Origin: Mobula hypostoma
Taxonomy: Eukaryota
NCBI RefSeq assembly: GCF_963921235.1
Contig: NC_086106.1
Location: forward strand, 33,480,001-33,544,000
Length of the DNA: 64,000 nucleotides
Reading direction: 5' to 3'
The first letter of the stretch is position 1. Each line of letters opens with the position of its first letter. The notes beneath the pieces are model-generated. The model ran no database searches. It saw only the letters and a program-made list of their open reading frames with translations, and had not been told where the DNA came from. This document shows, one piece after another, positions 22,720 through 35,809 of the stretch. The position numbers and the translations under genes were made by a program.

Positions 22720-23820
22720 TTCAAGGTCATGTTCATTGTCATTTGACTGTACAACCCAAATATTATAATATTCAGTACAGTCAGACTACGGTGCTTCAAT
22801 ACAACATACAGTATATCACACACAGCACTTAAACCAAAGTATTATACTATAAATGAGTTAGTAAAATATAATTGAAAGTGCATGTTGTAAAGCGCAGCAC
22901 AAATAACCAGTAAACGATTTGCAGTCCTAGTAACGGGACCTCAGTTGTGGCAGAGTATTCATAAGTCTCACAGTCTTCAGGGAAGAAGCTGTTACCCTGT
23001 CTGGCCGTCCTAGTCTTGACGCTTCTTTATCTCCTTCCGGATGGAAGTGGGTCTAAGAGATTGTGGGATGGGTGATATTGATCCTCAACAATGCTTCTGG
23101 TAAATGTCACAAATGGCTTGGTGGGGGGGCGGGGGGCGGTGTGGGAGACCCCCAGTGATCCTCTCGGCTGGTTTTGTTGTCTTCTGATCTTGCGGTCCGA
23201 TGCCTCGGAGCTTTGGTGCCACGTAATGATGCAGTCAACATGACACTCGATGGCACTTCTGTAGAAAGTTGTTAGAATGGCAGCGGGAGACTTGCACGCA
23301 TCAAGCTCACATTAAAGAGCTGCCGTGCCTTCCTGACTAGTGAAGAGGTGTTGTACATCCAGGTTAGATAGTCAGTTATATGCACACTGAGAAAATTTGT
23401 GCCCTTGTATCTCTCTCTATGGCACAGCCAACGATGTGCAATGGACAGAAGTCAACCTGTGCCTTCCTGAAGTGCACAATAATCTCTTTTGTCTTGTCCA
23501 CCTTGAGACTCATATTGTTATTCTAGCAACATTTGACATGCGTCTATACCTTATCTCTGAATGCTAATTCGTGATTGTTGCTGATGAAGCAACCACTGTA
23601 GTATCATCAGTGAAGTTGATGATGCGGGTTGAGATGAATCTAGCAGTGCAGCCGTGAGCCCGAAGCATGAACAGCAGTGGTCTGAGCATACAACTATGGG
23701 GGCTCCTGTGCTCAGCGTGATGGAGCTTTTGATGTTCCTGCCGACACAGACTGGGGTATTTCCATCAAGGCGTCCAAAGTCCAGTTACAGAGAGGGGTGT
23801 TGAGTCACAAATAAGAGAAG
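22720..23820 (-). mobile_element. Rex1/Babar-type LINE 3' fragment
   Basis: Reverse complement gives FADDTTVV-like and QRLxFLRxL-like motifs and the same 3' UTR as other Rex1 copies. Confidence 0.7.
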
Positions 23821-23849
23821 ATCTGCAGATTACATTATGAGGGAACGCA

Positions 23850-24449
23850 GTCCTCTTTTATTGTCATTTAGTAATGCATGCATTAAGAAATGATACAATA
23901 TTCCTCCGGTGTGATATCACAGAAACACAGGACAGACCAAGACTGAAAAAACAAACAAAAACTACATAATTATAACATATAGTTACAACAGTGCAACAAT
24001 ACCCTAACTTGATGAAGAACAGGCCATGGTACAGTTAAGAAGTTCAAAGTCTCTCGAAAGTCACACATTTCACGCAGACGGGAGAAGAAAGAAAACTCTC
24101 TCTTCCATGCCCGACCACAGTCCAGCTCTGAGTCGTCCGAAAACTTCGAGCTCTGATCAGCCCTCTGACACCGAGTAGCGAGCACCATCTCTATCCGAAC
24201 GCTTCGACCTCAGCCTCGGTCGCCAGCAGCAGGCAAAGCCGGGGATTCTGGGGCCTTCCCTCTGGAGATTCTCGATCGCACAGTAGCAACGGTAGCGAGC
24301 CAGGCATTTCAGAAATTTCTCCAGATGTTCCTCTGCTTCTCACGTCTTCATCAAATCAGAATTGTCCACAGCCCCTATTTAACAGATACGATATCATTTC
24401 ACTGGAGAGCTGAGCGCGCTCCTTCACGCTGCCATCTTCTCCTCCCGCC
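23850..24449 (-). mobile_element. Non-autonomous LINE-derived element (GC-rich head with AAGATGGC motif, AATAAAAG tail)
   Basis: Minus strand begins ggcgggaggagaagatggcagc and ends ...atgacaataaaagaggactgc; no ORF. Confidence 0.5.
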
Positions 24450-24467
24450 TTAGTGCTGGAGATCCAA

Positions 24468-24810
24468 GCAACACACATAAAATGCTGGAGGAAATCAGCA
24501 GGACTGACAATATTTATGGAAAAAGTACAGTCGACGATTCGGGCAAAGACCCGAAACGTTGACTGTACTTTTCTCCATGGATGCTGCCTGTGATGGGAAA
24601 GTGGCCAAGTGGTTAGGGCGTTCGTCTAGTGATCTGAAGGACGCTAGTTCGGGCCTCAGCCGTGGCAACGAGTTTGTGTCCTTGAGCAGGGCACTTAACC
24701 ACACATTGCTCTAGTGTCTGTGCGAGGAGTGGCGCCCGCCGCAGGCCTCTCATGGTCTGAGTCGACGTTCCCTGACCTGCTGAGTTCCTTCAGCATTCTG
24801 TATATGTTGC
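24468..24810. mobile_element. Palindromic Penelope-terminus element with a tRNA-type SINE head inserted at 24591-24770
   Basis: Inverted arms gcaacacacataaaatgctggagga / tccttcagcattctgtatatgttgc. Insert has the A-box tggccaagtggtt and is flanked by cctg duplications (24587-24590, 24771-24774). Confidence 0.7.
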
Positions 24811-26989
24811 TCGGATTAACGGTTGTTGTAGTGAAAATGACCATAGAAATAATGTCTTGGCAGCAGATAGATTGAAAGTAGCAGTCTCCCGTAGATTACG
24901 AATCAAAACTGTCGCTCGGTAACTACAAGGTTATATTTAAGTGAATTGGGCATTAATCAAGAAACGTTCAGTAGGTTCAATGCGGGAATCACAACATATC
25001 TTAATGTTCGACATCTGCTTGGAGAGCAGATTGAAGGGAAGACGCTGCGTGCTTCTGAAGAAAGATGGATGTGAAGAGAAGCGTCCCTTGCTCTGTGTAA
25101 AAATCAGAGTAGACCTCTTACGCGAGATCACCAAATCCTCGAATTACTACCTTTCAGAATGTAGAATGCATAATGCGAAGAGTGCTACAAGCAATAATGC
25201 TCATCACTTTTGAATTCCAAGTTTGCAAAAAGCTGTTAGAATCTGCGATGTTTTCACACCAAATTGACGTTGTAGTTCTTCCAGGAAATACGTTCCATGA
25301 ATTATGATCTTATGGTCTTTTACATCTATAGCGTTGAAGTTTAAAAACGATGTGTACCAGATAATCAATCGAAAGGCTCTCCCACATATTTCAATTGTCT
25401 TTCCAACTGAGGACCCACAAAGAATTTGCAGGGGCTCTGTGTACCTTTATGATCCCGCCAAGGCAGTGAGCAGAATTTTACTCTTGGTTGCTTCTTGTAA
25501 ACGTGCAATGTAGTTGAGCAATATACATCCAATTCTCTGACTTCCCAGTTCCTCTTAACACAAGAACACTTACAATATATATTCCTTTCTCAGCTTTCCC
25601 AAACAAAATGATACTTCTCACATTGTCCAAAAATGTATTATTTATTTACCCAAATCCCAGTCTACTTCCGAAGCTCGTTACTCGCATGTTTATTCTTTAC
25701 ATCATTCTGGAATGTTAATTCCTGTTAGTGACAATCGACTGAATAAATTGCATGGGCAAAGGAACCAAGATTAGAGACCATGTAACCTGATAGAACAAGG
25801 CCGGTTTAATGGCGCTATTTAAGGTGGCCGAGTCCTCTAACAGGCACAGCGAAATACTTAATTATCTCTTGAAATTAATTGTGTTATCCACGTCAGTACA
25901 ATGACCAAAGAGCAGAAAGATTTGAAAGCAAATTGAAATCGATATTCATCATTTTCACAGACTAACAAGAACACTTCCGATTGATGGTATTGCCGTGACT
26001 TTAAATATATTTATTCATGCAAACAGCCCAGTCTATTTCTTGATTCTTGGTACTATATTATCACTGTCTTGGTGTAACGAGGTTGGTGCTTCAAATGAGT
26101 ACATGGAGCTTTGAAAAACCATTCACCATTTCGCTACAAGAAGTAAATGACACCGGCGCACCTATCTTCAGTTGCCGTCCATTATCGTCCATCTGTTCTG
26201 CATTAGTGACCGCAACATCTGAGGTCGGGTTTGCCCCGTACTGCATTTAGAAGGAGGTGTTCACTTAACTTTCAGGAAGTAAAACTACGGGATGAGTCAG
26301 TAAATACAATTATAACACAGGCTGACAGATAGAGTAGGTTGGTGGAGGAGGCAGTAGTTTTGTACAGCTGTTTCAGTGAGCGGAGCTGCCACCTGCACTG
26401 CGTTGAAAAATCAAAGCCATAAGCAGATTCATTGGGCATTCACTTGGTGATGTTGGTCAAATGTAAGCATTTAATTCAATTGAGATTTTAACCTGTGGCT
26501 TCTCAATGCATTTAGCTTGTACGGTGGCCTCAGAAACACTCAGCCTCAGATGATTTTGTAACCGCTCACCAATAAGATTCAAAAAGCCATATACACACAT
26601 TTCCAATATTGTTTCAGGGCTCCAAATAAACACTGATCAAAATTTTGATACTCTGCTTCTACAAAGAGTGTTGAAATTAATAATGGAAAACAAGAAGACG
26701 GTAGATGATTTAAAAAAAATTATTTTGTGTCAGTTTTCGTCAGAGGTTACACTCCAGAATGTTTCGGAGGCCAAAAAAATGTAAAGGATGGGAGCATTTG
26801 GTACAATTACAATTGGCAGGCTAGCAGTACTGAAACAATTGTTGGAGCACGGGATGCCAAGTCTCTGGATTTGATAGATTCATCGAAAAGATGGAAAAGT
26901 AGTGGCTTGTAAGATGGTTTTTGACTTTTCATAAACAATGCCAACATAGTCGTGATCTCAGTGAATGGACCTAAAGTTCAATGATATAT

Positions 26990-27730
26990 GGTAATCCATC
27001 AAGTATGTGGAAAGAACTCTTCGCATTTGTTCAGCTTTTCAGTATTCTATATGGCAAAACTACTACAAATGCAGTGCTGGGCCAATCAACCTCTCTGCAG
27101 TTTTTTTTCCAAGTTTTTGAAATGTGATTTGGTCCTACGGTCGTTGATGGGTCAGTGGTGAAATAGATAAGCAGCTTCAAGTTCCTGGGTGATGTAATCT
27201 CTGAGGAACTATCCTGGGCCCAACACATAGATGGAATCAGGAATTCGGAGTTTGAGGAGATTTGGGATATCACCAAATGTTCCAGTAAATTTCTACATAT
27301 GTACGGTGGAGAATGCTCTGACTGGTTGTATAGTGTAGTCTGGTGTAGATGCTCCAAAATGAAGTATTGAAAGAGGCTGCTGAGGGTTAGAGGCTCAGTC
27401 CCCTCCAGCACAGATACAATCGTTCCACCAACATAAATATCTTCCTCAGGCAGTGTCTCAAGAAAGCGGCATCCATCATTAAGCACTATCACCATCCAAG
27501 ATTGTTATTAGTATTATTGCATCCAGGAGGAGATAGAGCCTGAACACCCACTCTCTGGCATCAGATATATGAACAGTCCTTCAACCTATCGATACGAACT
27601 GGTTATTCTGCTTGTAGCTGTTTATTTATTATGACTTAAAATAATTTATGTCTTGCACTATACCTCTGCTATGAAACAACAAATTTCACGACCTCAGTGA
27701 TGATAAACCTAATTCACATTCTGATTCCAA
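26990..27730 (+). mobile_element. Rex1/Babar-type LINE 3' fragment
   Basis: FKFLGDVISEELSWAQH, TNFYxCTVENALTGCI-like motifs. Confidence 0.75.
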
Positions 27731-28079
27731 TTTCAATCAGTGTGGAATTGAAACCCGTCCAACAAAGATGTACCTTACATACTGGAGTGCAAAAAATATA
27801 TTGTCTGCTGCTGTTGTTCAGAGAATCATGATAATGTTATGATGCTCAGGTGCAATTTCAGCCTCGTGATCTGACCAAGTAGTCGGGATATTTGGAAGAA
27901 TTTATTGAGGAATTAGCGAGGTCAGGCCATATATGTACTCAGTGAGAAAATGAACTCAGTTAGGTGCAGCAATTTCTATACCAAATGGTGTGGAAGATTT
28001 GGAAAAAGATTAACAGTTTCTAGTTATTGTCAAATGCTGAACCTTGAAAAACACAGTGAAGAAAAAAAGACAGAGTTAT

Positions 28080-29150
28080 TAAGGACTACGGCACAAATGG
28101 AAATGTGTTTCGCAGATCTCTTCGCATTTTGAACATAGAACAAGCGCACTGGTTAGCTGTTGGGTCTTTTGCTTGTTCTGTCTCTCCTTTTGCAACCCCC
28201 GTACGTTATTTGGACATAGTGTCTGTCACTCGCATGTACCGCAGTTCCATCGAGAACATACTTCCTCCAGGTACATCAACTGAGTTCAATGTCTTCCCAG
28301 TTTGTAGATGTAATGTTGACTTTCTTCAGACTGATTTTGATGGTGTATTTGAAGTGTTTCCTCTGCAATCAGTTCCTTGCTGAACATTCAACTGAGAGTA
28401 AAGTATTTATTTCGGGAGGAGAGAGTTAGGTGTTTGATTTACATGATCTATCCATTGGAGATAGCGTTGCTTTATCGTGGTGGAGATGATGTTCATGTCG
28501 GCTTCCTCCAGTGTTGTTAGTGCGTCTTCCGTTCCAGCATATCCTCAAACATATCGTAAGTATACAGTATTTGGTGGCATTGTTCTGGGGCTTTTTAGGT
28601 TTCTGCTCCATAATTCAGCTCCATAAACTAATTATAGCTCAGAGGACTGCTCTGTAGACCAATGGTTTTGTTTGGACTCCAGACTGTACCTCATATGAGG
28701 AGGAAGACCTGGATGATGCGGGAGTGCGAATGGGATTTGGTTCTTTTGCCGTTTATATTGGATATCAGTATTTAAGTGCAAGATTCTCAGTATGATTACC
28801 CGCACTGCGTCGCCACTTGAAACAGTGAAAGGCATGGAACTTTTAGGAATCAGTTAGATGCATTATTTTCCCAAGGAGATTTTGAGTAAATCCTTCAACT
28901 GCCGTTAACCGCCTTTTAATCTCTTTCCGTATCAAAACTTGGAATGAAATATCTGGTCCATGGTCTGTTGTCAGGCATCTGAACAACCTGAGTTACTGGA
29001 AGGAGATGTGCGATTTGGACCAGTGATTAGAATTTAGAATTCGTGATTAGGGAAATAAGCTATTGACGAAGGCATACTGGACCTTTCGTTGGCAAACGCA
29101 GGGAACGCAGATGGAGAGAGGGCTGAAAATAAAACGATAGTATGACCTTA
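28080..29150 (-). mobile_element. Decayed RTE-clade LINE 3' part
   Basis: Reverse frames give LRICWNGRRTN...IKQRYLQWIDHV...LPK, GQRKHFKYTIKISLKK...WEDI and a terminal C..C..H finger. Confidence 0.7.
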
Positions 29151-29229
29151 AATTCTAGTCATCCTACAGCAGGAAAAATGTGATTGAAGTTATTAAGGTG
29201 CAGGGGCGATGGTGGTTGGATGCTCTTGA

Positions 29230-29700
29230 CTACAGAAAGCTTCTTTTGGCCAGAGACTCCACGTTTGTCACGCGTTAAATGCCCTAAAGAGTCCTTCCAG
29301 TTGCTGTGCTTCACCTGTGAATCCACCGAGGTCATTATTGCATCCGGTGCGGCCAACTCTACAACTGTGAGACGAGGCGGGCCTGGTAGACGGCTTCGTC
29401 GAGCACCTTCACTCAGTCGGCCGTAACATCCAGCCATTTTAATTGCATTTTCCATTCCCAAACTGACATTTCTGTCAAACTCCTCTTGTATTGCTTCGGT
29501 AAGATCTGTCGCAGATTAGAGGAATAACACCTCATTTTCAGTCTTCATAGTATCCAACCTGACGCCATCGATATAGACTTTTTCTTCTGGTGACCAGTCC
29601 CCTCTGTTCCCCTCCTCCTTTATTTTCTCATCCCTCTTGCCCTATACGTATTCTTTTCCCCTCCCACACCCTCACGCCCAGCCCATTATCCACTTCGTCT
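29230..29700 (+). mobile_element. Penelope-like GIY-YIG endonuclease fragment
   Basis: FTCESTEVI.CIRC..Y..ETRR.L.DGFVEHL and LEExHLIFSL..IQPD.I.IDF remnants. Confidence 0.7.
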
Positions 29701-29709
29701 TTCTTCAGG

Positions 29710-30510
29710 TTAGAGTCGGAGTCATAGAAATGTATAGCGCAGTAAAAAGCCCTTCAGCACATCTAGTCCGTGACCATTAAATTAAACTGCCACGCACATC
29801 GACCTGCGCCCGGACCATAGCCCTCCATACCACTCCCATCCATGTACCTATCCAAACTTATCTTAAATGTTGAAGCCGAGTTCGCATGGCAGCTCATTCC
29901 ACACTCTCATGACCCTCCGAGCAAAGACGTTTTCCTTCATGTTCCCTGTAAACACTTCACCTTTCACCCCAATCCATGGCCTCCAGTTGCAGTCCCACCC
30001 AACCTCTGTGGAAAAAGCTTGTTTACATTTACTCATAATTTTGCATACCTTTATAAAATCTCCCCTCCATCTTTTATGTTCCAAGGAATAAAGTCCTAAT
30101 CTATTCTATTTTTCCATAGAACTGAAGTCTGCCAACCCTGGCAACATACCTCCAAATTTTCTCTGTACTCTTTCAATCTTATTTATATCTTTCCTGTAGG
30201 TTGGTGACCAAAACTGAACACAATACTCCAAATCCTGGTTTGTCCTACTGAATTGCAACACCTCAAACATGTTTGGAATAAAATCCATCTGCCTCAAATT
30301 TCACAAATTCACCACCCTCTGGCTGAAGAAATTTTTCCACATCACTGTTTTAAATGTACGCCCCTGTATCCTGCGGCTGTGTCCTCTTGTCCTAGACTCC
30401 CCCACCATGGGAAACACACTTTCCCCATCTACTCTGTCTAGGCCTTTCAACATTCGAAAGGTTTCAATGAGATACCCCTTATCCTTCTAACTTCCAGCGA
30501 GGGCTGGCGA
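29710..30510 (-). mobile_element. CR1 3' fragments
   Basis: LEYCVQFWSPTYRKDINKIERVQRKF and FARRVMRVWNEL motifs. Confidence 0.8.
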
Positions 30511-30519
30511 AAAAGAAAT

Positions 30520-31410
30520 CTGATAGGAGAGAAGAGTGAACTATGGGAGAAAGGGAAGGAAGAGGATTTCCATTGGAGGTGATAGGCAGCTAAGGAAAAG
30601 AGACAAAAGGCCAAAGTGCTGAAATTAAGAAGAGGCAGGGGAAGGGAAATTAATTATTGGGAGTTGGAGACATCGAAGATCATGCCATTAGGTTAGAGGC
30701 TAACTAGAGGCTGTATGTGTTGTTGATCTTCCAAACTGAGAATGGCCTCTTCGTGGCAGAAGAGGAGGCCATGGACTGACATGCTGGAACAGGAATGGGG
30801 ATAGGAATTGAAATTGGCTACCCAAATATCTTGCTTTTAGCGATAGAGCTGAGGGGCTTGACAAAGTGGTCTCCCAAAACGGTACATCGGGACTCACCAA
30901 TATAGAGGCGGCCGCGTCAAGAGCACCAAATACAGCAAACGATCCGAACAGATATGCAGTTTAAGTGCTGCCTCAGCTGGAAGGACTGTTTGAGACCCTG
31001 AATAGAAGTCAAAGGGAAGTGAATGGGCAGGCGTTGTTCTGCCGTTTGCATGTTAAGTGCCAGGAAGGGCATTAGTGTGGAGCGATGAATAGACAAGGCG
31101 ATCACAGAGGGAACGATCCCTGCAGAAAGCGGGAGTAGGGCGGGAGCAGATACAGATGCCTTGGTGGCAGAGTCCCGTTGCAGGTGACGAAATTGTCGGA
31201 GAATGACGTGTTGGATGCGGCAAATCATGTGGTGGTAGCAGAGGACAAGGGCAGCTATATTCCCAAGGTGGCAGGTAACCTTAGATGTCCTGGAAGTGGA
31301 GGAGATGTGGGTGAGTGCATTATCAATGGTGGAGGAAATGTCTACTGTTCACTTCACTCCATAGATGCTGCATGAACTGCTGAGTTCCTTCAATATTTCG
31401 TGTTGCTTTT
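30520..31410 (-). mobile_element. Penelope-like element fragment (RT C-terminus and GIY-YIG) with inverted terminal piece
   Basis: ILRQFRHLQRDSATK, KQSFQLRQHLNCIS.RIVCCIWCS; inverted gatgctgc...gagttcc terminus at ~31360-31410. Confidence 0.75.
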
Positions 31411-33149
31411 CCTTTTTATGAGCCCTCTTTATCTTTTCTGAAAGCTCCATACCAGGAATGCAAAGCTTCCAGGGGTGTCATTTGAACTGATGGGTGTTAT
31501 CTATGATATTATACTTCCTGTTTCCAATATCTCAGCTCATCTGCGTTTTTGGCTTTTTTCGTAAAGGAACATAGCACTTTCTATAGGACATATCCTGGTT
31601 TAATCCTGCAATCCAATCTTTGCAAAACAAAAATCATCAGAATTTACATCAAATTACAAAATAAATATTTAGATTCTCTCCATATAATTTTTGAGCAAAT
31701 AAATATTGGCCGCTATTCAGCCACCCGTATTAATTCTAATTTTTTTCATTGCAGATATAAATCCTGGGGTCTGCTCCGAGGCCATATATAGCACAGCGTT
31801 TCCATATTGCAAGGGAACTAAAACAAGGCACTGGCACGTTCGCAAATTTTAACATGGCATCCATTTAATAAAGCATCAATAACCGCTCCAGAACAAGGCT
31901 TGTTACCTTGCCGTCGACGGAGAATGAGATGATTCTCATAGCTATTCTGTGTACCAATATCAGTTGGTTTAAGCTCAGTGAACTTGCAGATCTTTGGTAC
32001 CATTGAGAAGGCGGGACCACAGCACACATCATGGCTGTTTCAACACCTCCGAAAGCTCTTCAGTCAGAAATGGTTGTGGTGACCACTTATCTGCCTTTAA
32101 AGTCAGGTAAGTTTGGAAGGAAGTTAAAATATACCTTTACTAAGCAAACTATAGCTGAAATTTCTTCCCGGTAAATGGGTGCAGTAGACTTTGAAGATAA
32201 ATTGTCTTAAAAGTGGACAATCTGTTTCACGGATAAGACACGCTAATTACAGTCACAGAATTTTAACAAATAGGCATTGAAAATAATGCATACAACAAAA
32301 CCCGAACTTCCAAATGACTAAAGGTTTTAATATTAGGCCCAAAATATTAATTCGCCATAATACGGCAGATGCCTGCACGGCTCCAGTGCTCAGTTACAGG
32401 CCAACAACTTCCACTTGATCAGCTGCGCACTGCTTTGCTACAACGTATCAGCACATTCTCCAAGATGAACGTTGTTCAAAGCTTTATTTCAAATTAAAGG
32501 GACCTACATATATTACTTAATTACAACTCTTGCTATCAATTTTTGGGTCGATCACAGCATAACTAATAATTAATTCATAACAACACACATCAAAGTTGCT
32601 GGTGAACGCAGCAGGCCAGGCAGCATCTATAGGAAGAGGTGCAGTCGACGTTAATTAATTCATAAATTAATTATTATACTAATTCCAGTAATTTTACTAA
32701 CTGAGGAACTATTTATGATTATCTTCTAGATTCTAAGAATTTGCAGGTGCAAAAACATTATTATGTAAATCAGGGGCGAACCCGCACCATGTCATGCATT
32801 TCCATATCCGCAATTAAACCAACATAGCTGTTCAGACTACGACTGAACCATGCGAACCAGAAGAGGAGCAGGAAACAACAAAAGGTGCAAGGCAGTGATA
32901 ACAAGGGTAAAATCTCTATTGAGTTTCGTGTGAGTAATAGTGGCAAAATAAACAAATAATTTCCACACCATCATGTGAGACTAGGGAGTAGTTCTGCAGA
33001 TGCTGTAATGCAAATCAGTAACCTAGAATCCAGATTTTAAAGGTGTGGAGCAGTAAGAATGTATTAATCTGCCAGGAGCTGTGTTCCTGTAACGTAGAGA
33101 TAAATCAATTTTCTTAATTTATGTATCAAGTTTAAATTATGGAGGTTTG

Positions 33150-33680
33150 CCAGAAATGCATTGGGCAGTTTTGTTTTCTACCTGTTGTAGAGCTTTCCTA
33201 TCCATCACAGTGCGGTTTACAGCTTACCCACCATCAAGGACATTTTCGTATACACAGGCTAGTAAAATCATGGAAGATCACACCGACCCCACTTATGGAC
33301 TGTCTGTCCCTCTCCCCTCAGTGAGGAGGGCATGTAGCATCTACGTCAGGACCACCAGAGAGAAAAACAGTTAGTTAAGGCCGATCGATACGTCTGCCCA
33401 CCAACCCACTCCTTCATACCCCCAACCACCAGAACACTAAAATTTCTTCTCAGGCACCTTATGCACAGACAACCGTATGGCTAGCCTCACTTTATGGGCA
33501 TATAATCAATCCATGCACATAAAATATCTTACATACTTATATTTATTGTGTTATTATTATTGTGATATTTATGTGCTGTGCTTTTTTTGTGCTGCATCGG
33601 ATCCAGGGTAACAATTATTTTGTTCTCCTTTACTCTTCTGTTCTGGAAATTACAGTAAACAATCTTGAATCTTGAATTTT
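33150..33680 (+). mobile_element. Rex1/Babar-type LINE 3' end
   Basis: ASKIMEDHTDPTYGL...LPSVRR..SI..RTTR.KNS; (aatcttg)n tail. Confidence 0.7.
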
Positions 33681-34478
33681 GCTCAAATATTTATCGTGTA
33701 GTGATTAGCACTCATTTCAGAAATCAAATTAGAACAGATGTAAAAGGATATTAAGGGTGTGGAGCAGTAAGTGGACCAGTGATACAGAGAAATAAATAAG
33801 AACATAATCAAAAGTAGTGGAAGAGTGGTTCTCTTCAAGACTGCTCATTTATTCGTGACATACTGGGTGATCTGCACTTGACTTCGGACTTTGTTGCCTG
33901 ATCAGCAGAATCTTACACACTCAGGGATGGGACCGGGTGATGCCTGAACTTTTCTTCCAAGGCTAATGGAGATTAATGAGATATTTCATGGATGTATTCA
34001 AAGTTATTTGGTCTTTTGATTGAAAAATGCCCATGTTATAAGCGCACCAGACAAGCTTGAGTAGCGGCACAGGTACTTGGAGTCACAGAGACATAGAAGC
34101 ATACAACTCAGAAGATGGTCTTTCTGTTCACCACACCGAATCTTTCTCTTTGTTCAGTCTGTATCCTGACACACGTTGCCTACTCAGTTATCTCCAAGCC
34201 CATTGACCTGCTACTGGGATTTAGATTAATGCCATAGCATTTACTGGAACCAGTCCTTTCAAATATTTCTTGATATGGTGTGGACTAAATCCAGTAGGCT
34301 GAAGAATGCCGTTTGTGAAAGTGGAGGTCTCATGAGGAAGTGGAGATGAATTAACAGTTCAGCACTTAGGTTTAAACATGCTCATAGATGTTACAGTCAT
34401 GTACAATCATATTATGTCCCACCATCATTGAAGATGGTGGTATTCTTAGAGCCTCCTGTAACAAAAATAATTTAAAGT

Positions 34479-34615
34479 TCTCTCTGTCTTTCTCTCTCTC
34501 TCTCTCTGTCCCTTTCTCTCCCTCTCTTTCTTTCTCTCTCTCACTCTCACCCTCTCTCTCACTCTCTCCCCCTCCTGCCTCTCCCCGCTGTCTCTGCCTC
34601 TCTCTCTCTTTCTCT
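34479..34615 (+). repeat. Imperfect (CT)n microsatellite
   Basis: About 135 nt pyrimidine tract. Confidence 0.95.
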
Positions 34616-35299
34616 GCACATAACTTAGAAACAGAGACAACAGTATCCAAGAAAGAAAACATCCTTTATCAATATTTAATCTCAATGATATGCATTCAGC
34701 ACATCTCCAGACTGTCACCACATTCAAATATGACACCATTTTATCATACAAACTTTCATTTCGTGTTACAAATTTTGGCATTTACCAAAGAGGTATCATG
34801 TTTAACTCTTTCCTGAAATGTCACCCCATGATTCCTCAGTAGTACATTTTACCAAAAAGTAAAATACTACACAAAAATCTAAAGTAAGTACAAATTTAAT
34901 ATAGACGTTAAACAACAGGATTACATCACAATTAGAGTTGCATATGGGTAATAAATCACACGATATAGAGGCAGTCTGGCGTTACAATCATCTAACATCT
35001 CCCTTCAGGCAGTAAGTTAAAATAGACAGTACTCTGAGCAAAACTGATGTTACAATTATGGCAAAAGTTGAAAGGATCTTTAGCAGCATTGTATCTCGGC
35101 ATTGCTCCCCCAATTCCAAAACCTACTTCTAAAGTCGGCCTCCATTGAAGGGAGGAAAACTTTTCTCGGTTACGGCTTTCCAGTGTCCTTCCCGTGCAGT
35201 TAGTTGCATTGCGCAGCAGGGTCCATGATATTGATTGGATTACATCCAACATCCTAATTTCAGCTAAAAGAAAACAAAGCATCTGTTTATTATTATATT

Positions 35300-35805
35300 T
35301 AAATTATTCTCATTTTGTCTGTTCCTCCCTGTTTATATACTAAATGGTCTGCCCATTGTACTGATATCCAGCAAGTATTACCATCTCCAATTTCTATAAC
35401 CTCCCCATTGCAATCCAGAGAACTTGGGATGCTCATCTGTATTTGCGCTCCCCTATAGGAAATCCTTCTATAGTGCACGCCTCTTCCTGTGATTCCAAAG
35501 ATCATTCTATTTATCGATAATTCTTGGGGCAAAGGTCCCTTGTTCATAAAGTACAAAGCTTGGTGTAGCCACCACTGTAAGATGTGGGTCGATGTCAATA
35601 AACTAAGACGTTGTTCCGAAAGTCCATTCATCCTCTCAGTTCGTCTGATGCTTGGTGAATATGGTCTGTGATATTCCCAATAAATGCTTTTCCTGGCAGT
35701 CCTGTCTTTCACTGTTTGTCCTTAGAAATGAGACCAACTATATGATTGTATCTTCTGGGGGTCCACATCGCAACTAATTAACTTCTGCCATCACTTCAAT
35801 GAATC
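35300..35805 (-). mobile_element. Degraded retroviral integrase core, ERV-L/class III-like
   Basis: GPPE.IQSYSWSHF*GQTVKDRTARKSIYWEYHRPYSPSIRRTERMNGL...LQWWLHQALYFMNKGP aligns by eye with the ERV-L pattern I.SDQG.HFT..V..WA...I.W.YH.P..P...G.IER.NGLLK...L..A.Y.LN.RP. Confidence 0.7.
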
Positions 35806-35809
35806 ATCT

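Noticed and set aside
26098-26118. 20-bp identity gtacatggagctttgaaaaa shared with ~36631-36650
   Set aside because: The second copy is part of a CR1 3' end, so this is most simply an old CR1 scrap or chance.
28052-28058. Isolated CACAGTG heptamer (others at ~14674, ~47009 and ~55672) as extra V/D/J segments
   Set aside because: No nonamer at 12 or 22/23 nt and no adjacent Ig-like coding sequence.
31989-32112. Exon-like segment on the plus strand (cag|...|gtaagt)
   Set aside because: No recognisable product and no partner exons; such splice-like pairs are common by chance.
32770-32955. Hydrophobic ORF as an IgNAR transmembrane exon
   Set aside because: It lies upstream of V, lacks the conserved Ig TM motif (W.T..TF..LFL.S..Y) and is the antisense of a purine-rich tract.
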